In this document: positions 37,274 to 46,958 of the stretch, one piece after another
Layout of the letters: each line of letters starts with the position of its first letter
How positions within the stretch are numbered: position 1 is the first letter of the stretch
Virus record (IMG/VR): IMGVR_UViG_3300021978_000001
Location: 256,001-320,000 of that record
Origin: a virus
Taxonomy: Duplodnaviria > Caudoviricetes
Reading direction: 5' to 3' (one strand)
Length of the DNA stretch: 64,000 nt
The notes under the pieces: generated by a model
The model's input: the letters and a program-made list of their open reading frames with translations, nothing else
Databases searched by the model: none
What the model was told of the DNA's origin: nothing
Position numbers and translations under genes: made by a program

Positions 37274-37702
37274 TTAAAGGTCATACTTTGTACGTGTGGC
37301 GTCCCAGTACCATTGTTCACGAAGATCCTCGCCTATCACAGCGTAGACGCGGTTTAGATAATGCCTCATATCGTGAGGATCGTCAAGATCCAGGGGGCCA
37401 AACACCGCGCCGATCACCTGGACTTCGTTGGCATTCCAGTTCTCTGTGTAGCGGTAGTCCCTGGTGCGTCTCGTGCCGTCGAGCTTGATGGTGTAGCCAT
37501 ACCATGTCTCGATCTCGACAAAGGTCCTGGTGGGTGACCAGAGACCCAATACGAGATCCATGGTGCAAATGGAAGCGGTTCGTGGCCCGAACATGGTTTG
37601 CGCGCGCACCGCGACCACGAGATCGCCATGCAGGTAGCGTGAGCAAGGTACAATAAGAGGCATGGTCCCGGATCTCTCAAGTGAAGGGTCATGCACTTCC
37701 AC
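37274..37702 (-). CDS. hypothetical protein
   Basis: 142 aa in leftward operon; start uncertain. Confidence 0.6.
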   Translation of the reverse strand: MEVHDPSLERSGTMPLIVPCSRYLHGDLVVAVRAQTMFGPRTASICTMDLVLGLWSPTRTFVEIETWYGYTIKLDGTRRTRDYRYTENWNANEVQVIGAVFGPLDLDDPHDMRHYLNRVYAVIGEDLREQWYWDATRTKYDL

Positions 37703-37726
37703 ACAGAGACCAGGTTTTATCGAAAC

Positions 37727-38110
37727 TTAATTGCTTGTGAGGTACAACCGCGCCAGCAGATAGACGAGACCCGGCTCGATCTCAGGCAGCGTTCCTTCGC
37801 CTGTATAGAGAAAGAGCGCGCCACCATCACGCTTGAAGTGATGCTTGAGCTGGCGGCCTTTCTGGAGACCCCCTTGTATGGTCTTGCGCAAGGTTTCCTT
37901 GGTTTCGACGACCCACACACCGTGTTCGCTTTTCGGGATAGAGATCGCGATGCGCGTGGGATGTACTTCAGCAAGCTCTCCGCAAATCACGGTGGCTTTA
38001 TTGAGTATCATGGTATCCCGTAGCAAGTAGACAGGTTGACCCACCTCGATCTTCCTGCCATGCGTGATACGCTTGAAGTTGAAGTGGTAAGGGAGGTAGT
38101 TGATGAGCAT
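37727..38110 (-). CDS. hypothetical protein
   Basis: 127 aa, SD gagg. Confidence 0.65.
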   Translation of the reverse strand: MLINYLPYHFNFKRITHGRKIEVGQPVYLLRDTMILNKATVICGELAEVHPTRIAISIPKSEHGVWVVETKETLRKTIQGGLQKGRQLKHHFKRDGGALFLYTGEGTLPEIEPGLVYLLARLYLTSN

Positions 38111-38478
38111 AACATGGCCTCGGGTAGTGCAGGTGGGGTGAGGAAGAGCTGTTGATGGTTGAGCGGCAGCGCGATGGTTTCGAGGATCATGCGTTGAAAA
38201 CGCTCATCTGTCAGGATGAGATCGAGGATCGTTACATCTGCTGCGGTAAAGCATAACATCCTCATCGTGCGGACATCTGCCCAGTGTAGATACTTTATCC
38301 TGTGCTTCGTGACGAGTCCCAGCCAGGAGTCATCATGGTTGCAATACGCGGTCATCCATTGCGCCCCCTTTCGAGGGTCTGCATATACGAACGCCACGAG
38401 CATCCCATGCTTCGGAACATCTTCAGCGCTTCGCGTGATGATGACGCTTTCCAGATAGTGAAACGCATTGATGAGCAT
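38008..38478 (-). CDS. hypothetical protein
   Basis: ATG 38478 lies downstream of P5; 3' end overlaps the next gene by about 100 nt. Confidence 0.55.
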   Translation of the reverse strand: MLINAFHYLESVIITRSAEDVPKHGMLVAFVYADPRKGAQWMTAYCNHDDSWLGLVTKHRIKYLHWADVRTMRMLCFTAADVTILDLILTDERFQRMILETIALPLNHQQLFLTPPALPEAMLCSSTTSLTTSTSSVSRMAGRSRWVNLSTCYGIP

Positions 38479-38534
38479 GCACAAGCCCTTGAGTAATAGC
38501 CTTGTATTTTGGTCCCTTCGATACACTTCTCTCT

Positions 38535-38563
38535 TTAGTACCACAAGGAAGCACTCATGTCAA
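38535..38563 (-). promoter_or_regulatory. conserved phage promoter P5
   Basis: TTGACA-N12-TGTGG-TACTAA; overlaps the ATG of the divergent gene. Confidence 0.7.
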
Positions 38564-39138
38564 AAGTATCCCAAGCAAAGGTCGAAGAAATCCTGTCTGC
38601 AATCCAGGAAGCCAACCCCGAGTTCAAGTTCGTGGGTCGTGATCAGGAAGGATGGCATCGTCTGGATTGGCAGCTCTGGACGGTGTGGGTGGGATTGAAG
38701 ATCATGGGGCTCTTTAACCCCACGTTTGTCAAGCGTTGGAATGAACGCTACGTGGCGGTGACCTCGCGGCATATGCTGTTCCCCACAAAGCCCACAGACT
38801 TTTCTGATTTCCATCGCTACGTGACCTTGAGGCACGAGTACATCCATATCCGTGACCGGCAAAAACATCCCCTGTGGTTCCCGTTCAGCTATGTGATGGT
38901 GCTCCCCCTGGTATGGACCATGCGTTCCCACTGGGAGCTTCGAGGGTATACCGCGAACATGGTGGTCGAGTTCGAGGAACGTGGTCATGTCAGCGATGCG
39001 ACGCTCGACCATATCGAGAAGCAGTTTACGACAGACCGCTACCTGTGGATGTGGCCTTTCAAGAAGAGAGTGCGCGCTTGCCTCGAAGACTTGCGCCAGA
39101 AGGTCCTGTCTGGAGAGATCAGCGGACTTTATTTCTAA
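38557..39138 (+). CDS. HExxH zinc-metallopeptidase-like protein
   Basis: TLRHEYIH followed by WELRGY. Confidence 0.65.
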   Translation: MSKVSQAKVEEILSAIQEANPEFKFVGRDQEGWHRLDWQLWTVWVGLKIMGLFNPTFVKRWNERYVAVTSRHMLFPTKPTDFSDFHRYVTLRHEYIHIRDRQKHPLWFPFSYVMVLPLVWTMRSHWELRGYTANMVVEFEERGHVSDATLDHIEKQFTTDRYLWMWPFKKRVRACLEDLRQKVLSGEISGLYF

Positions 39139-39151
39139 AGCGCGGAATATC

Positions 39152-39180
39152 TTGACTTCTTGCGAGGCTTAGGGTACCAC
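39152..39180 (+). promoter_or_regulatory. conserved phage promoter P6 (Ro60)
   Basis: TTGACT-N12-TAGGG-TACCAC. Confidence 0.65.
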
Positions 39181-39188
39181 TGCACGCA

Positions 39189-39242
39189 ATGCAAACGACG
39201 TTACCTTGTTCGTGGTTGTCACGAGCTGCTGATCGTTTGCAT
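39189..39242 (+). ncRNA. structured RNA element in the Ro60 5' leader
   Basis: 10 bp perfect stem 39189-39198/39233-39242 enclosing a 7 bp hairpin 39208-39214/39220-39226. Confidence 0.4.
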
Positions 39243-39264
39243 CCACACGAGTAGAGGTATCCTT

Positions 39265-40911
39265 ATGGATTATGGGAAGTATCTGGCGGACCGCAACAAC
39301 ACGCCACAGACGGAAGCGATCCCTGGCCGTGAAGCGGACATGGCCAAGAACAACGCGGGCGGGGTATCGTTTACGATTACGCCTTGGCAACAGCTCAACC
39401 GTTTCCTGATTCTCGGGAGCGAGGGTGGTTCGTACTACGCGACTGAGCGCACCATGACGCTCGACAACATCAAGTGTCTCCAGGAGTGCTTGAAGCTCGA
39501 TGGTGAGCGCGTCGTGCGTGAGGCTGTCGAGATCTCCAAGTCGGGACGCGCGGTCAAGAACGATGCTGCGATCTTCGCGCTGGCGATGGCCCTCAACCAT
39601 CGCGGCAAGGGGTACCAGTCGGGGCAGGACGCAGAAGTGGTGGTGCGCCGCGCTGCGCGTGAGGCGGTCCCTGAAGTGTGCCGCACGGGTACGCACCTCT
39701 TCCAGCTCGCGCAGTTCCTCAAGCCTTTCGGGACCTGGAGCAACGCGCAGCGTCGCGCCTTCGATAGCTGGTACCACGAGAAGTCGGAAGAGAACCTGGC
39801 TTACCAGCTCATCAAGTACCAGCAGCGCAACGGCTGGACGCACCGTGACATCTTGCGTCGTGCGCACACGGCACCTCGCAGCGAGACGCAAAATGCGCTC
39901 TTCCACTGGGCAGTGAAGGGTTGGGATGACATCGGCTCTGAGCCGCACCCCGATCCCGTCCTGTGCCGCGTGTGGGCGTTCGAGAAGGCCAAGCGTTCCG
40001 AGAGCGTCGCAGAGGTGGTCGAGTTGATCGACACTTACAACCTTCCGCGCGAGTGCATCCCTACCCAGATGCTCAATGACACCAAGATCTGGGAAGCGCT
40101 CTTGCAGAAGATGCCCATGACGGCGTTGATCCGTAACCTCGGGAAGATGTCGAGCCTCGGGATGTTGACGAACACGAATGAGAACACCAAGCTCATCGTC
40201 AACCGTCTCAACGATGAGGAGCGTCTCAAGCGTGCGCGCATTCACCCCATGAACGTGCTCAACGCGCTCAAGACGTACTCCTCGGGGCGCGGCTTCCGTG
40301 GCTCGAACACGTGGAACGTCGTGCCCAAGATCCTGGATGCGCTTGATGATGCGTTCTACAAGTCGTTTGACTTCGTGGAGCCCACGGGCAAGCGCATCTT
40401 GATCGGCGTGGATATTTCGGCGTCGATGACGATGAGCAAGGTGGCGGGTATGGCTGCGTTGACGCCTCGTGAGGCTGAAGCGGCGATGGCCATGACCATC
40501 ATGCGCACCGAGGAGAACTGGGAGGCGATGGCGTTCAGCACGAAGTTCACGCCGATGAAGCTCTCTCCCAAGCAGCGTCTCGATGATGTCTTGCGTGAGA
40601 TCGGCAGCTACCGTCATGGGGGCACGGATTGTTCGCTTCCCTTCACGTGGGCCAAGCAGAACAAGCGAGAGTTCGATGCCTTCATCGTGATGACGGACAA
40701 CGAGACCTATGCAGGGCGTCCTCACCCTTCGCAGGCGCTCAAGCAGTATCGCAAGGCGACGGGCATCCCTGCCCGTTCGGCGGTGCTCGCGTTCACTGCG
40801 ACGCGGTTCTCGATCGCGGACCCCGAGGATGCGGGCATGCTCGACATCACGGGATGTGACTCACAGGTGCCTCAACTCTTGAGCGCGTTCTTCCGTGGTG
40901 ACATGGGCTGA
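39265..40911 (+). CDS. Ro60/Rsr-like TROVE-VWA RNA-binding protein
   Basis: NNAGG, LNRFLILGSEGGSYY, KYQQRNGWTHRDILR, MTALIRNLG, IHP, GVDISASM, GGTDC, TDNET; start moved to 39265. Confidence 0.95.
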   Translation: MDYGKYLADRNNTPQTEAIPGREADMAKNNAGGVSFTITPWQQLNRFLILGSEGGSYYATERTMTLDNIKCLQECLKLDGERVVREAVEISKSGRAVKNDAAIFALAMALNHRGKGYQSGQDAEVVVRRAAREAVPEVCRTGTHLFQLAQFLKPFGTWSNAQRRAFDSWYHEKSEENLAYQLIKYQQRNGWTHRDILRRAHTAPRSETQNALFHWAVKGWDDIGSEPHPDPVLCRVWAFEKAKRSESVAEVVELIDTYNLPRECIPTQMLNDTKIWEALLQKMPMTALIRNLGKMSSLGMLTNTNENTKLIVNRLNDEERLKRARIHPMNVLNALKTYSSGRGFRGSNTWNVVPKILDALDDAFYKSFDFVEPTGKRILIGVDISASMTMSKVAGMAALTPREAEAAMAMTIMRTEENWEAMAFSTKFTPMKLSPKQRLDDVLREIGSYRHGGTDCSLPFTWAKQNKREFDAFIVMTDNETYAGRPHPSQALKQYRKATGIPARSAVLAFTATRFSIADPEDAGMLDITGCDSQVPQLLSAFFRGDMG

Positions 40912-40935
40912 TCGTTTTCCGAGAGTCGAGACCAC

Positions 40936-40975
40936 ACAGGGGTCTGGTATTTCCTAGCGAATACCAGACCCCTGT
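40936..40975. terminator. 16 bp perfect hairpin after Ro60
   Basis: acaggggtctggtatt / aataccagacccctgt; weak U-tract. Confidence 0.65.
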
Positions 40976-41048
40976 TGCGTTCATGGCGCCTATAAGCTAA
41001 GGTGATCACGGGCTTACTGACGAAAACGTATAACGAAGAGAGTCCCTT

Positions 41049-41678
41049 ATGCTGTTGAACTACTTCAAGTATCACAACATCCCCAAGTTGCCGGGGTTTC
41101 AAACCATTGACCCGCCTCGCAACAATGGCACGGGTCTTCGACTTACGTGTGAAGGGTATGAGGTTGAAGTGACTGTGGAGGTCGAGCGTGGAGAACCTGT
41201 TTTCCAGGGTGTTGTGCGTATGGACAATTACAACCTCGCGCTCTTTGACCGTGAGTTCATAAGCCCGGACCGTCGATGGGGACGCAATAAAGTCTTGCTG
41301 TGGTCTGGGATCTTGGAGACGAAGAACACAAAAGATGGGTTGGTCGAGGCATACACGAAAGCCTATGCTGCCCCTTTCCTGGCACTTCGTCAGAAGCTCA
41401 TGAAGGGTTGTGGACCGCGTGCGCCTTACGACCAATCTACCTGGCTCGAAGGTGCAAATTACACCACGAAGCGTCTCGATACGATACGCTTGCATGTAGG
41501 CTTTACTGTGTGGGGATGTCCTCTCCTCGCAGGCATTGACCCGCGCCGTTCCGACTTCTATGTTCGGGGACGCACGCATGAGGGTGAAGTCATCGAGGAG
41601 CGTTTCGATACCCCTTCGCTCGCTCTACAAGCGGTACAGCGCATGTTTCGTGATCATCGCATGGAAGGTCAGTTATGA
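41049..41678 (+). CDS. hypothetical protein
   Basis: 209 aa, first of a coupled four-gene run. Confidence 0.7.
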   Translation: MLLNYFKYHNIPKLPGFQTIDPPRNNGTGLRLTCEGYEVEVTVEVERGEPVFQGVVRMDNYNLALFDREFISPDRRWGRNKVLLWSGILETKNTKDGLVEAYTKAYAAPFLALRQKLMKGCGPRAPYDQSTWLEGANYTTKRLDTIRLHVGFTVWGCPLLAGIDPRRSDFYVRGRTHEGEVIEERFDTPSLALQAVQRMFRDHRMEGQL

Positions 41679-42130
41679 TTCAATCACTGTGGTACCTCGA
41701 TCGTCTGTTGTACCATGCACCACAGGGCCTACAACAGGTCGTGCGTGATCTGCGTGAGGTGCCGATCAAAATCTACGGCATGGACAAGAAGACTGTACAA
41801 TGGTGCCTGGGTATCTTGCTGAAGCCTGGAGAGCTAGGCCACGAACCTTCTCCCACAGATACCGATGGGCTCGTGCGTTTAAGATTTCAGTTGACGGCTT
41901 CTGCGGTGATTGGCGGGCACGTTGAATACTGGTGGTTCGATTGTCTCTGGAATATGTATCACGATGACGTCTCCTATTTGGTACAAGAGCCCTCTCAACA
42001 AAAGGTCTCTCGCGTCTCCGAGGCAGCATGGTTGATCAAGTTCAAGGAAGTGAAAGCGCGTCAAGTCCGTCGAGAGCAAGGGGATCTGAGTAGGGTGGAA
42101 GCCTTACTCAAAACTATTTGTGTGGAGTAA
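41675..42130 (+). CDS. hypothetical protein
   Basis: 151 aa, ATGA overlap. Confidence 0.7.
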   Translation: MIQSLWYLDRLLYHAPQGLQQVVRDLREVPIKIYGMDKKTVQWCLGILLKPGELGHEPSPTDTDGLVRLRFQLTASAVIGGHVEYWWFDCLWNMYHDDVSYLVQEPSQQKVSRVSEAAWLIKFKEVKARQVRREQGDLSRVEALLKTICVE

Positions 42131-42132
42131 AC

Positions 42133-42840
42133 ATGCTCGAAAACAGCTTTCAGGGTAACATACACCAGTGGGTGCCCATGGCGGCATGGGAGGGGCTCAC
42201 AGTTTCCAATACTGTGGATCGTGTGCATTCTTACCACTGGCGCTACTTCGTGCCGATACAGCATTCTCCTCCAGCCTTTATCATGCTGGACAAACAAGGC
42301 ATCTCTTCACCCGTGATGCTCTCGGTGCATCTTGGCGCCTATGTCATGTTCTCTCAATCTGTAGACGGCGCTACCCACTTGTGGGATCTGATCGAGCGTT
42401 TGCGCGACGCCATGACTGACGCACAGGATTTGAGGCACGTGGAGATCGAAGGTTGGGCTGAGACCTTCACCTCATGCACCGTCGAGGAGAAAGAAGCGAC
42501 CGAGCCTACGTCGGCTCTTCATGCCGCAGGTCCGTACCCAGATAATGTTGTCCGCGTCCAACGTCGGCCAGATCATGAGGCGATCAGTCAGTGGCTTTCC
42601 GAGACGCTTACGCGATACTTTCGCCATGAGCTGCTCGGGCGACCGCTCAATGATGACAGCATGGTTGGTGAGCTTCAGCGCATCCTCACGTCAGCTTTTG
42701 TGGCCAAGGGATACCCTGGCGCTCGGGTGGACATCCAGGACGAGACCGTGGATGCGGAGCGTCGCCTGGAAGTCATCGTGTACCCGAATCGTTACATGAC
42801 TGGTGGCGAGATAACCATGCAGATGGTTTTGGGTCAATGA
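42133..42840 (+). CDS. hypothetical protein
   Basis: ATG 42133 behind ggag. Confidence 0.7.
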   Translation: MLENSFQGNIHQWVPMAAWEGLTVSNTVDRVHSYHWRYFVPIQHSPPAFIMLDKQGISSPVMLSVHLGAYVMFSQSVDGATHLWDLIERLRDAMTDAQDLRHVEIEGWAETFTSCTVEEKEATEPTSALHAAGPYPDNVVRVQRRPDHEAISQWLSETLTRYFRHELLGRPLNDDSMVGELQRILTSAFVAKGYPGARVDIQDETVDAERRLEVIVYPNRYMTGGEITMQMVLGQ

Positions 42841-43316
42841 TTATCAACGCGTTCATTCTCGAAGCAGAAGATTTCCTGGAGTGGTGTAGCATCCCACCAG
42901 GCTTGTATCACCACGGAACCTACAGTTGGAGTGGTTTGGATCTTCGTGTGCGCTTTAACGCTTTGCCGGAAGAAAAGGGCTATCGGATACAACTGGAGCC
43001 CGTGGGATCGAACAGGCGTTCCTCAACGCATACGTTCGCGTCCCTGCATGCGGCGCGTCACTTTCTGGCAGATGCTTTGAAGCGCCTTTCCGGGGGCAAG
43101 GACCCCGTGGAAGCAGTCTTGAACGCGCATCGCAGACGTGATGATCAGGGACATCTCGATCAGTTTTGGGGGCAACTCGCCAGGGGAGGCAGTTCGGGGA
43201 GCGGGCTTATGCAGCAGACTCGGGAAGGAGGGTTCATGCAGCAAATCCAACGCATGCGTGATCAGGAGAACGCACGGTTCATGTCTGTCGTGGATCGCAT
43301 CTTCGACGAGGATTAG
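42837..43316 (+). CDS. hypothetical protein
   Basis: 159 aa, ATGA overlap. Confidence 0.7.
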   Translation: MIINAFILEAEDFLEWCSIPPGLYHHGTYSWSGLDLRVRFNALPEEKGYRIQLEPVGSNRRSSTHTFASLHAARHFLADALKRLSGGKDPVEAVLNAHRRRDDQGHLDQFWGQLARGGSSGSGLMQQTREGGFMQQIQRMRDQENARFMSVVDRIFDED

Positions 43317-43603
43317 TTCAAGCAGGTTGTGCTTTGCGCGAAGTACAACGTTGCAAGCTCCACCTGGAAAGGGTCTTGAGACGTGAGCAGGGGGCCACAG
43401 AGCTTGTCTGTGTGCTTACAGAGGCGTTGGTACTCTTCGGGGGTCAACGCCTCTTCTGCATGCGTCAGGATTTGCATCAGATACAGGTGCGTGGCTTGAG
43501 CGTCGAGGATGCTTTGAGGCATGAAATCCACGCGCTGCGCGATACGGAAAAAAGTCTTGATTTGCGCCATGTAAGCGGGCAATAAGAAGGTCTGAGTCTG
43601 CAT
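43313..43603 (-). CDS. hypothetical protein
   Basis: 96 aa filling the gap, convergent. Confidence 0.55.
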   Translation of the reverse strand: MQTQTFLLPAYMAQIKTFFRIAQRVDFMPQSILDAQATHLYLMQILTHAEEALTPEEYQRLCKHTDKLCGPLLTSQDPFQVELATLYFAQSTTCLN

Positions 43604-43632
43604 GTCGGGTGTCCTTGATTTGAAGAGAGTTC

Positions 43633-43661
43633 TTAACGGCCAGGTCTTGTTGTGGTATCAA
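43633..43661 (+). promoter_or_regulatory. conserved phage promoter P7
   Basis: TTAACG-N12-TGTGG-TATCAA, then CAAGTGTACG. Confidence 0.7.
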
Positions 43662-43711
43662 CAAGTGTACGACAAAGAATGTACCACAACTCCAAAGAAA
43701 GGAAAAAGACC

Positions 43712-44353
43712 ATGGGCATGCTATTTCACATTTACAAGGCCACAGACAAACATCCGGTGGTGGTCCTGGAGACCGCTACGCAACGCGAGAAGGATGATTT
43801 CTTTTCTCAAGACCCTCCCGAAGGGGTCGAACGTATCGGGGGGTGGTCAAGTCAGTACAACCCCAATGGCATCGAGAATATCCTGGAGCGGTCTATTGGC
43901 AAGACGATGAGAGAGTACATCGGTTACGAGGAAGGCAGGGAGTGGTACTCGGTGAACTGGAGACGTTTCGCAGAAACCCTGCAAAACTACATCGACCTCC
44001 TGGCCTTGCATGTGGTCGAGACGGACGGACGTGATGTGATGACTGTCGCGGTCCCCGAGAGCGCTCAGGTATCTGGAGAGCGTGAAGCCTTGGATACATT
44101 CGAGACCACGAACATCGAACAGGGTCGAAGTTACATCTCCTCGAATGCCATTTACACGCATGGCATGGATGTTTTGGGGGTGATGCTCAGTATGGAAGAT
44201 GGCGTGCCTCAGTTGCACATTCATCACCGGCGCCATGATTGGAGACTTCAGATCCACAAGCTGGAGAAGATCCTCAAACAAGTGGAAGAGGTGAGAGACT
44301 CGCACGACCCTGGAGATTACGCGTTGCGTATCTTGCACGTGAGCTTGCTCTGA
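43712..44353 (+). CDS. hypothetical protein
   Basis: ATG 43712 behind aagga. Confidence 0.7.
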   Translation: MGMLFHIYKATDKHPVVVLETATQREKDDFFSQDPPEGVERIGGWSSQYNPNGIENILERSIGKTMREYIGYEEGREWYSVNWRRFAETLQNYIDLLALHVVETDGRDVMTVAVPESAQVSGEREALDTFETTNIEQGRSYISSNAIYTHGMDVLGVMLSMEDGVPQLHIHHRRHDWRLQIHKLEKILKQVEEVRDSHDPGDYALRILHVSLL

Positions 44354-44410
44354 TAGCCTTGTATGGTGTACAAGTAGAGGGGAATCGCTTGACGCATACG
44401 GAGGCGTACC

Positions 44411-44845
44411 ATGTCCTTTGATCTGAACCCTTACATCAACTCACTCCCACAACGCCCCCTGCGCGGGGTGGCCCCCGAGATCGGGGAAACGGTCTGGGTG
44501 CGTATCCCGGGCCGTCGTCTCGTGTATGAATGCGAAGTCCTGGCTTATCGGGGCAACTCTATTCGCATGCAAAAGGTTGACGGTTCGATCCTGTTTGTGG
44601 ACCCCTCTTCCTGGGTCGTGTTATCCCGTCAGTGGCTCTCTGAGTTCCTCGGAATAGAAATCGAGGCGCCACCCAAGGTGTCGAGCGAACGCTTTACTCA
44701 AGACCTCACAGACGGTATCACGACGACTGCTACAGGGGTCGTGGGGAAAACTGTGGCACAGGATGAAGAACTCTTCGAGGACGTGAGCCTCGGCTCGGTG
44801 ACGAGCACGAAGCAGCTTCATTTCGATGATGATGACTTCGCTTGA
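44411..44845 (+). CDS. hypothetical protein (SH3-like N-terminus, acidic tail)
   Basis: GETVWVRIPG...CEVLAY; SD ggagg. Confidence 0.7.
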   Translation: MSFDLNPYINSLPQRPLRGVAPEIGETVWVRIPGRRLVYECEVLAYRGNSIRMQKVDGSILFVDPSSWVVLSRQWLSEFLGIEIEAPPKVSSERFTQDLTDGITTTATGVVGKTVAQDEELFEDVSLGSVTSTKQLHFDDDDFA

Positions 44846-44874
44846 TACCCTGACGTCTTGTATAGTGTAAAGAA

Positions 44875-44908
44875 AAAGCCCCTTACCTCTTGCCAGGTAC
44901 GGGGCTTT
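44875..44908 (+). terminator. hairpin terminator
   Basis: aaagcccc/ggggcttt with inner tacct/aggta. Confidence 0.55.
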
Positions 44909-44954
44909 GGTGTATCCTCTCCGGTCAAGGGTAGCTTTCACCGGAGAGGAGTAT

Positions 44955-46151
44955 ATGCATTACAGTATGTTGGTCGTGTTGCCGAGAGAGCAGTGGATGT
45001 TCTGTGAAAACCCTGATCTCGAATGGGATAGGGTCATTCATACGATGCTCGAAACCATGTTCGAGCCTTATCGTGAGAAATACTCAGAGGGGAGGGACCC
45101 CACGGACCCCCGTGTGAAGTTTACGCCTTGTGTGGAATCCAACCTGTCCTACAGATTGTACGGCACTGGGGAGTGTAACGAAGAAGAGCCTTTCTCGTGG
45201 GAGATCCCTTTTGTGGATGCGTTCGCTGCCTGGGAGCGTTCGGCGCGTGCGGGCGCCTCGCCCAGGGAGTACACGTTGTGTCAGTCTCTTATTCAATCGA
45301 AGTACCCTTCGTTCCCTGTGGAGAACATGACAGCGTGGGATTTTATCGCGTATCGCAATGACTATGATTGGCATGAACCGTGTGAGGAGCACCCCGAGGG
45401 CGCCTGGGGCTACTGGAGTAACCCGGAAGGATATTGGGATTGGTGGGTGATTGGTGGACGCTATTCGATGCAACTACCGACCAAGCCGAACGCGGTGTTC
45501 ACGAGTGAGACAAGTTCGGTTGCTTTGCGTCGTGATGTGGATCATTGCGCTATTGTAGAGCGGTGCGTGAGTTGGCAGAGCCAGTGCCTCGATGGCATGA
45601 AGCCTCATACATTGGACAGTCCTTATCATGTCCCCGATACGTTTGATGACACCTTGAACACGCTTGGGATTCCTGCGGTGAATCAGGCGAGGTGGGACAG
45701 GGCAAAGGAGTTGCACCAGTTACGGGAGAGCCTGAGCGTGCTTCGCATGTTGCTGTCCCATGTGCAGAATTACGCCGATGCACATGAGGTGACGATTGAC
45801 GAGCTGGATGCGCAGGTGTTTCCGTCTCTCACCGCTTTTCGCTCACATGTCGAGAAGGTTCGCCACTTGATCGACGGTGAGATGGATGACAGGTATGAGA
45901 AGGTAGCGCTCTTGTCGGAGGAATACCGCAAGCCTTTCCCTGACCTCTACTACAACAAGCCTACCCTCGATGACCTCGGGCGTGCGGAACACACCTGGTA
46001 CTATGATTTTTCATCCTATGGCGTCCTCGATTCCGAGGGGTGGCATACCTGGGAAGAGAGCGAACCACGAGAGAAGCGCGACGCCCTTCTCTCCGCACTC
46101 CTCGAAGGTGACCCCTACGATCTGTTGGTGTTGGTCGATTTTCACACTTAA
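44955..46151 (+). CDS. conserved phage hypothetical protein
   Basis: YWSNPEGYWDWWVIGGRYS motif recalled from phage orphan proteins; ATG 44955. Confidence 0.75.
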   Translation: MHYSMLVVLPREQWMFCENPDLEWDRVIHTMLETMFEPYREKYSEGRDPTDPRVKFTPCVESNLSYRLYGTGECNEEEPFSWEIPFVDAFAAWERSARAGASPREYTLCQSLIQSKYPSFPVENMTAWDFIAYRNDYDWHEPCEEHPEGAWGYWSNPEGYWDWWVIGGRYSMQLPTKPNAVFTSETSSVALRRDVDHCAIVERCVSWQSQCLDGMKPHTLDSPYHVPDTFDDTLNTLGIPAVNQARWDRAKELHQLRESLSVLRMLLSHVQNYADAHEVTIDELDAQVFPSLTAFRSHVEKVRHLIDGEMDDRYEKVALLSEEYRKPFPDLYYNKPTLDDLGRAEHTWYYDFSSYGVLDSEGWHTWEESEPREKRDALLSALLEGDPYDLLVLVDFHT

Positions 46152-46155
46152 TTTT

Positions 46156-46184
46156 TTTACGCCTTCAAGTTCATGTGGTACCTT
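46156..46184 (+). promoter_or_regulatory. conserved phage promoter P8
   Basis: TTTACG-N12-TGTGG-TACCTT. Confidence 0.7.
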
Positions 46185-46238
46185 CTTCTTGCAAGTGAAG
46201 AGAACAGCACAACCGCACGAAACCCCAGAGGATGTAAG

Positions 46239-46544
46239 ATGCATTTATTCAAACGTAACACGAGGACCAAGCGCATGCACACGGTGAGAGAGATCGAGGG
46301 CTGCGTTGTCGTTTGCGAACGTGTCAATGAACGCACGATGTACACCGTGTGGGAGCCTGGCAGCAGGGCAACACATTTTCAAACGCGTGTCGATGTGGAG
46401 GGGTCTGGGATGCTCGGTAGATTGGATGCGCGGCGTTATGCGCGCGCAGATGACGAACTCCATGCGTTGTGTCACGATTTGATTCAGCGCGCTTTCCCTG
46501 CGACTCAGACGGCCAGCAAGGTCAGGGGCGCACTCTACCTGTGA
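46239..46544 (+). CDS. hypothetical protein
   Basis: ATG 46239 behind gagga. Confidence 0.65.
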   Translation: MHLFKRNTRTKRMHTVREIEGCVVVCERVNERTMYTVWEPGSRATHFQTRVDVEGSGMLGRLDARRYARADDELHALCHDLIQRAFPATQTASKVRGALYL

Positions 46545-46553
46545 GGCATCCTG

Positions 46554-46904
46554 ATGGATAAGCCAAGCCTGCAACGATACACCACCCTTCTCGACGAACT
46601 GCGATTGCGCCAAGAAGCGGGGCAAGAGCGCGTCAAGATCCGCGCGGATGAACTGGAGCTGCTTCTGACTTCCGCGCGAGAGATGCACATGCTCGTGCGC
46701 GAGATCGAGTTGGAGTTGTGGGCGAGCGTCCTCAATCGGGGATCACAAGAGCTGTCCGGCAAGGCTGGGGATATGCTCGATCGCATTCAGATGACCATGG
46801 GGCCTTTGCTCACCCTCTTCGAGGATCTCTCCAACGTCGAGGAGAGCTTGATGTCCACCACAGGCATTGGTGGCGGCGTTTCCGTGTACTCACCGGAAGA
46901 ATAA
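46554..46904 (+). CDS. hypothetical helical protein
   Basis: 116 aa, SD gagg. Confidence 0.7.
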   Translation: MDKPSLQRYTTLLDELRLRQEAGQERVKIRADELELLLTSAREMHMLVREIELELWASVLNRGSQELSGKAGDMLDRIQMTMGPLLTLFEDLSNVEESLMSTTGIGGGVSVYSPEE

Positions 46905-46906
46905 TC

Positions 46907-46935
46907 TTTACGCTTTACTCACCTTGGGGTATCAA
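46907..46935 (+). promoter_or_regulatory. conserved phage promoter P9
   Basis: TTTACG-N12-TGGGG-TATCAA. Confidence 0.7.
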
Positions 46936-46958
46936 TACCCAGACAAGGAGGCGAAGCG

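Noticed and set aside
39169-40725. 518 aa antisense ORF over Ro60, and similar long shadow ORFs (19368..21593, 31943..33172, 25403..26623, 3160..4110, 17116..18024)
   Set aside because: They are exact opposite-strand shadows of well-supported genes with GC-rich third positions; no motifs, SD or promoter
37727-43316. Similar starts MLINY/MLINA/MLLNY/MIINA in four neighbouring orphans
   Set aside because: Similarity is confined to 4-5 residues with no further alignment; could be chance
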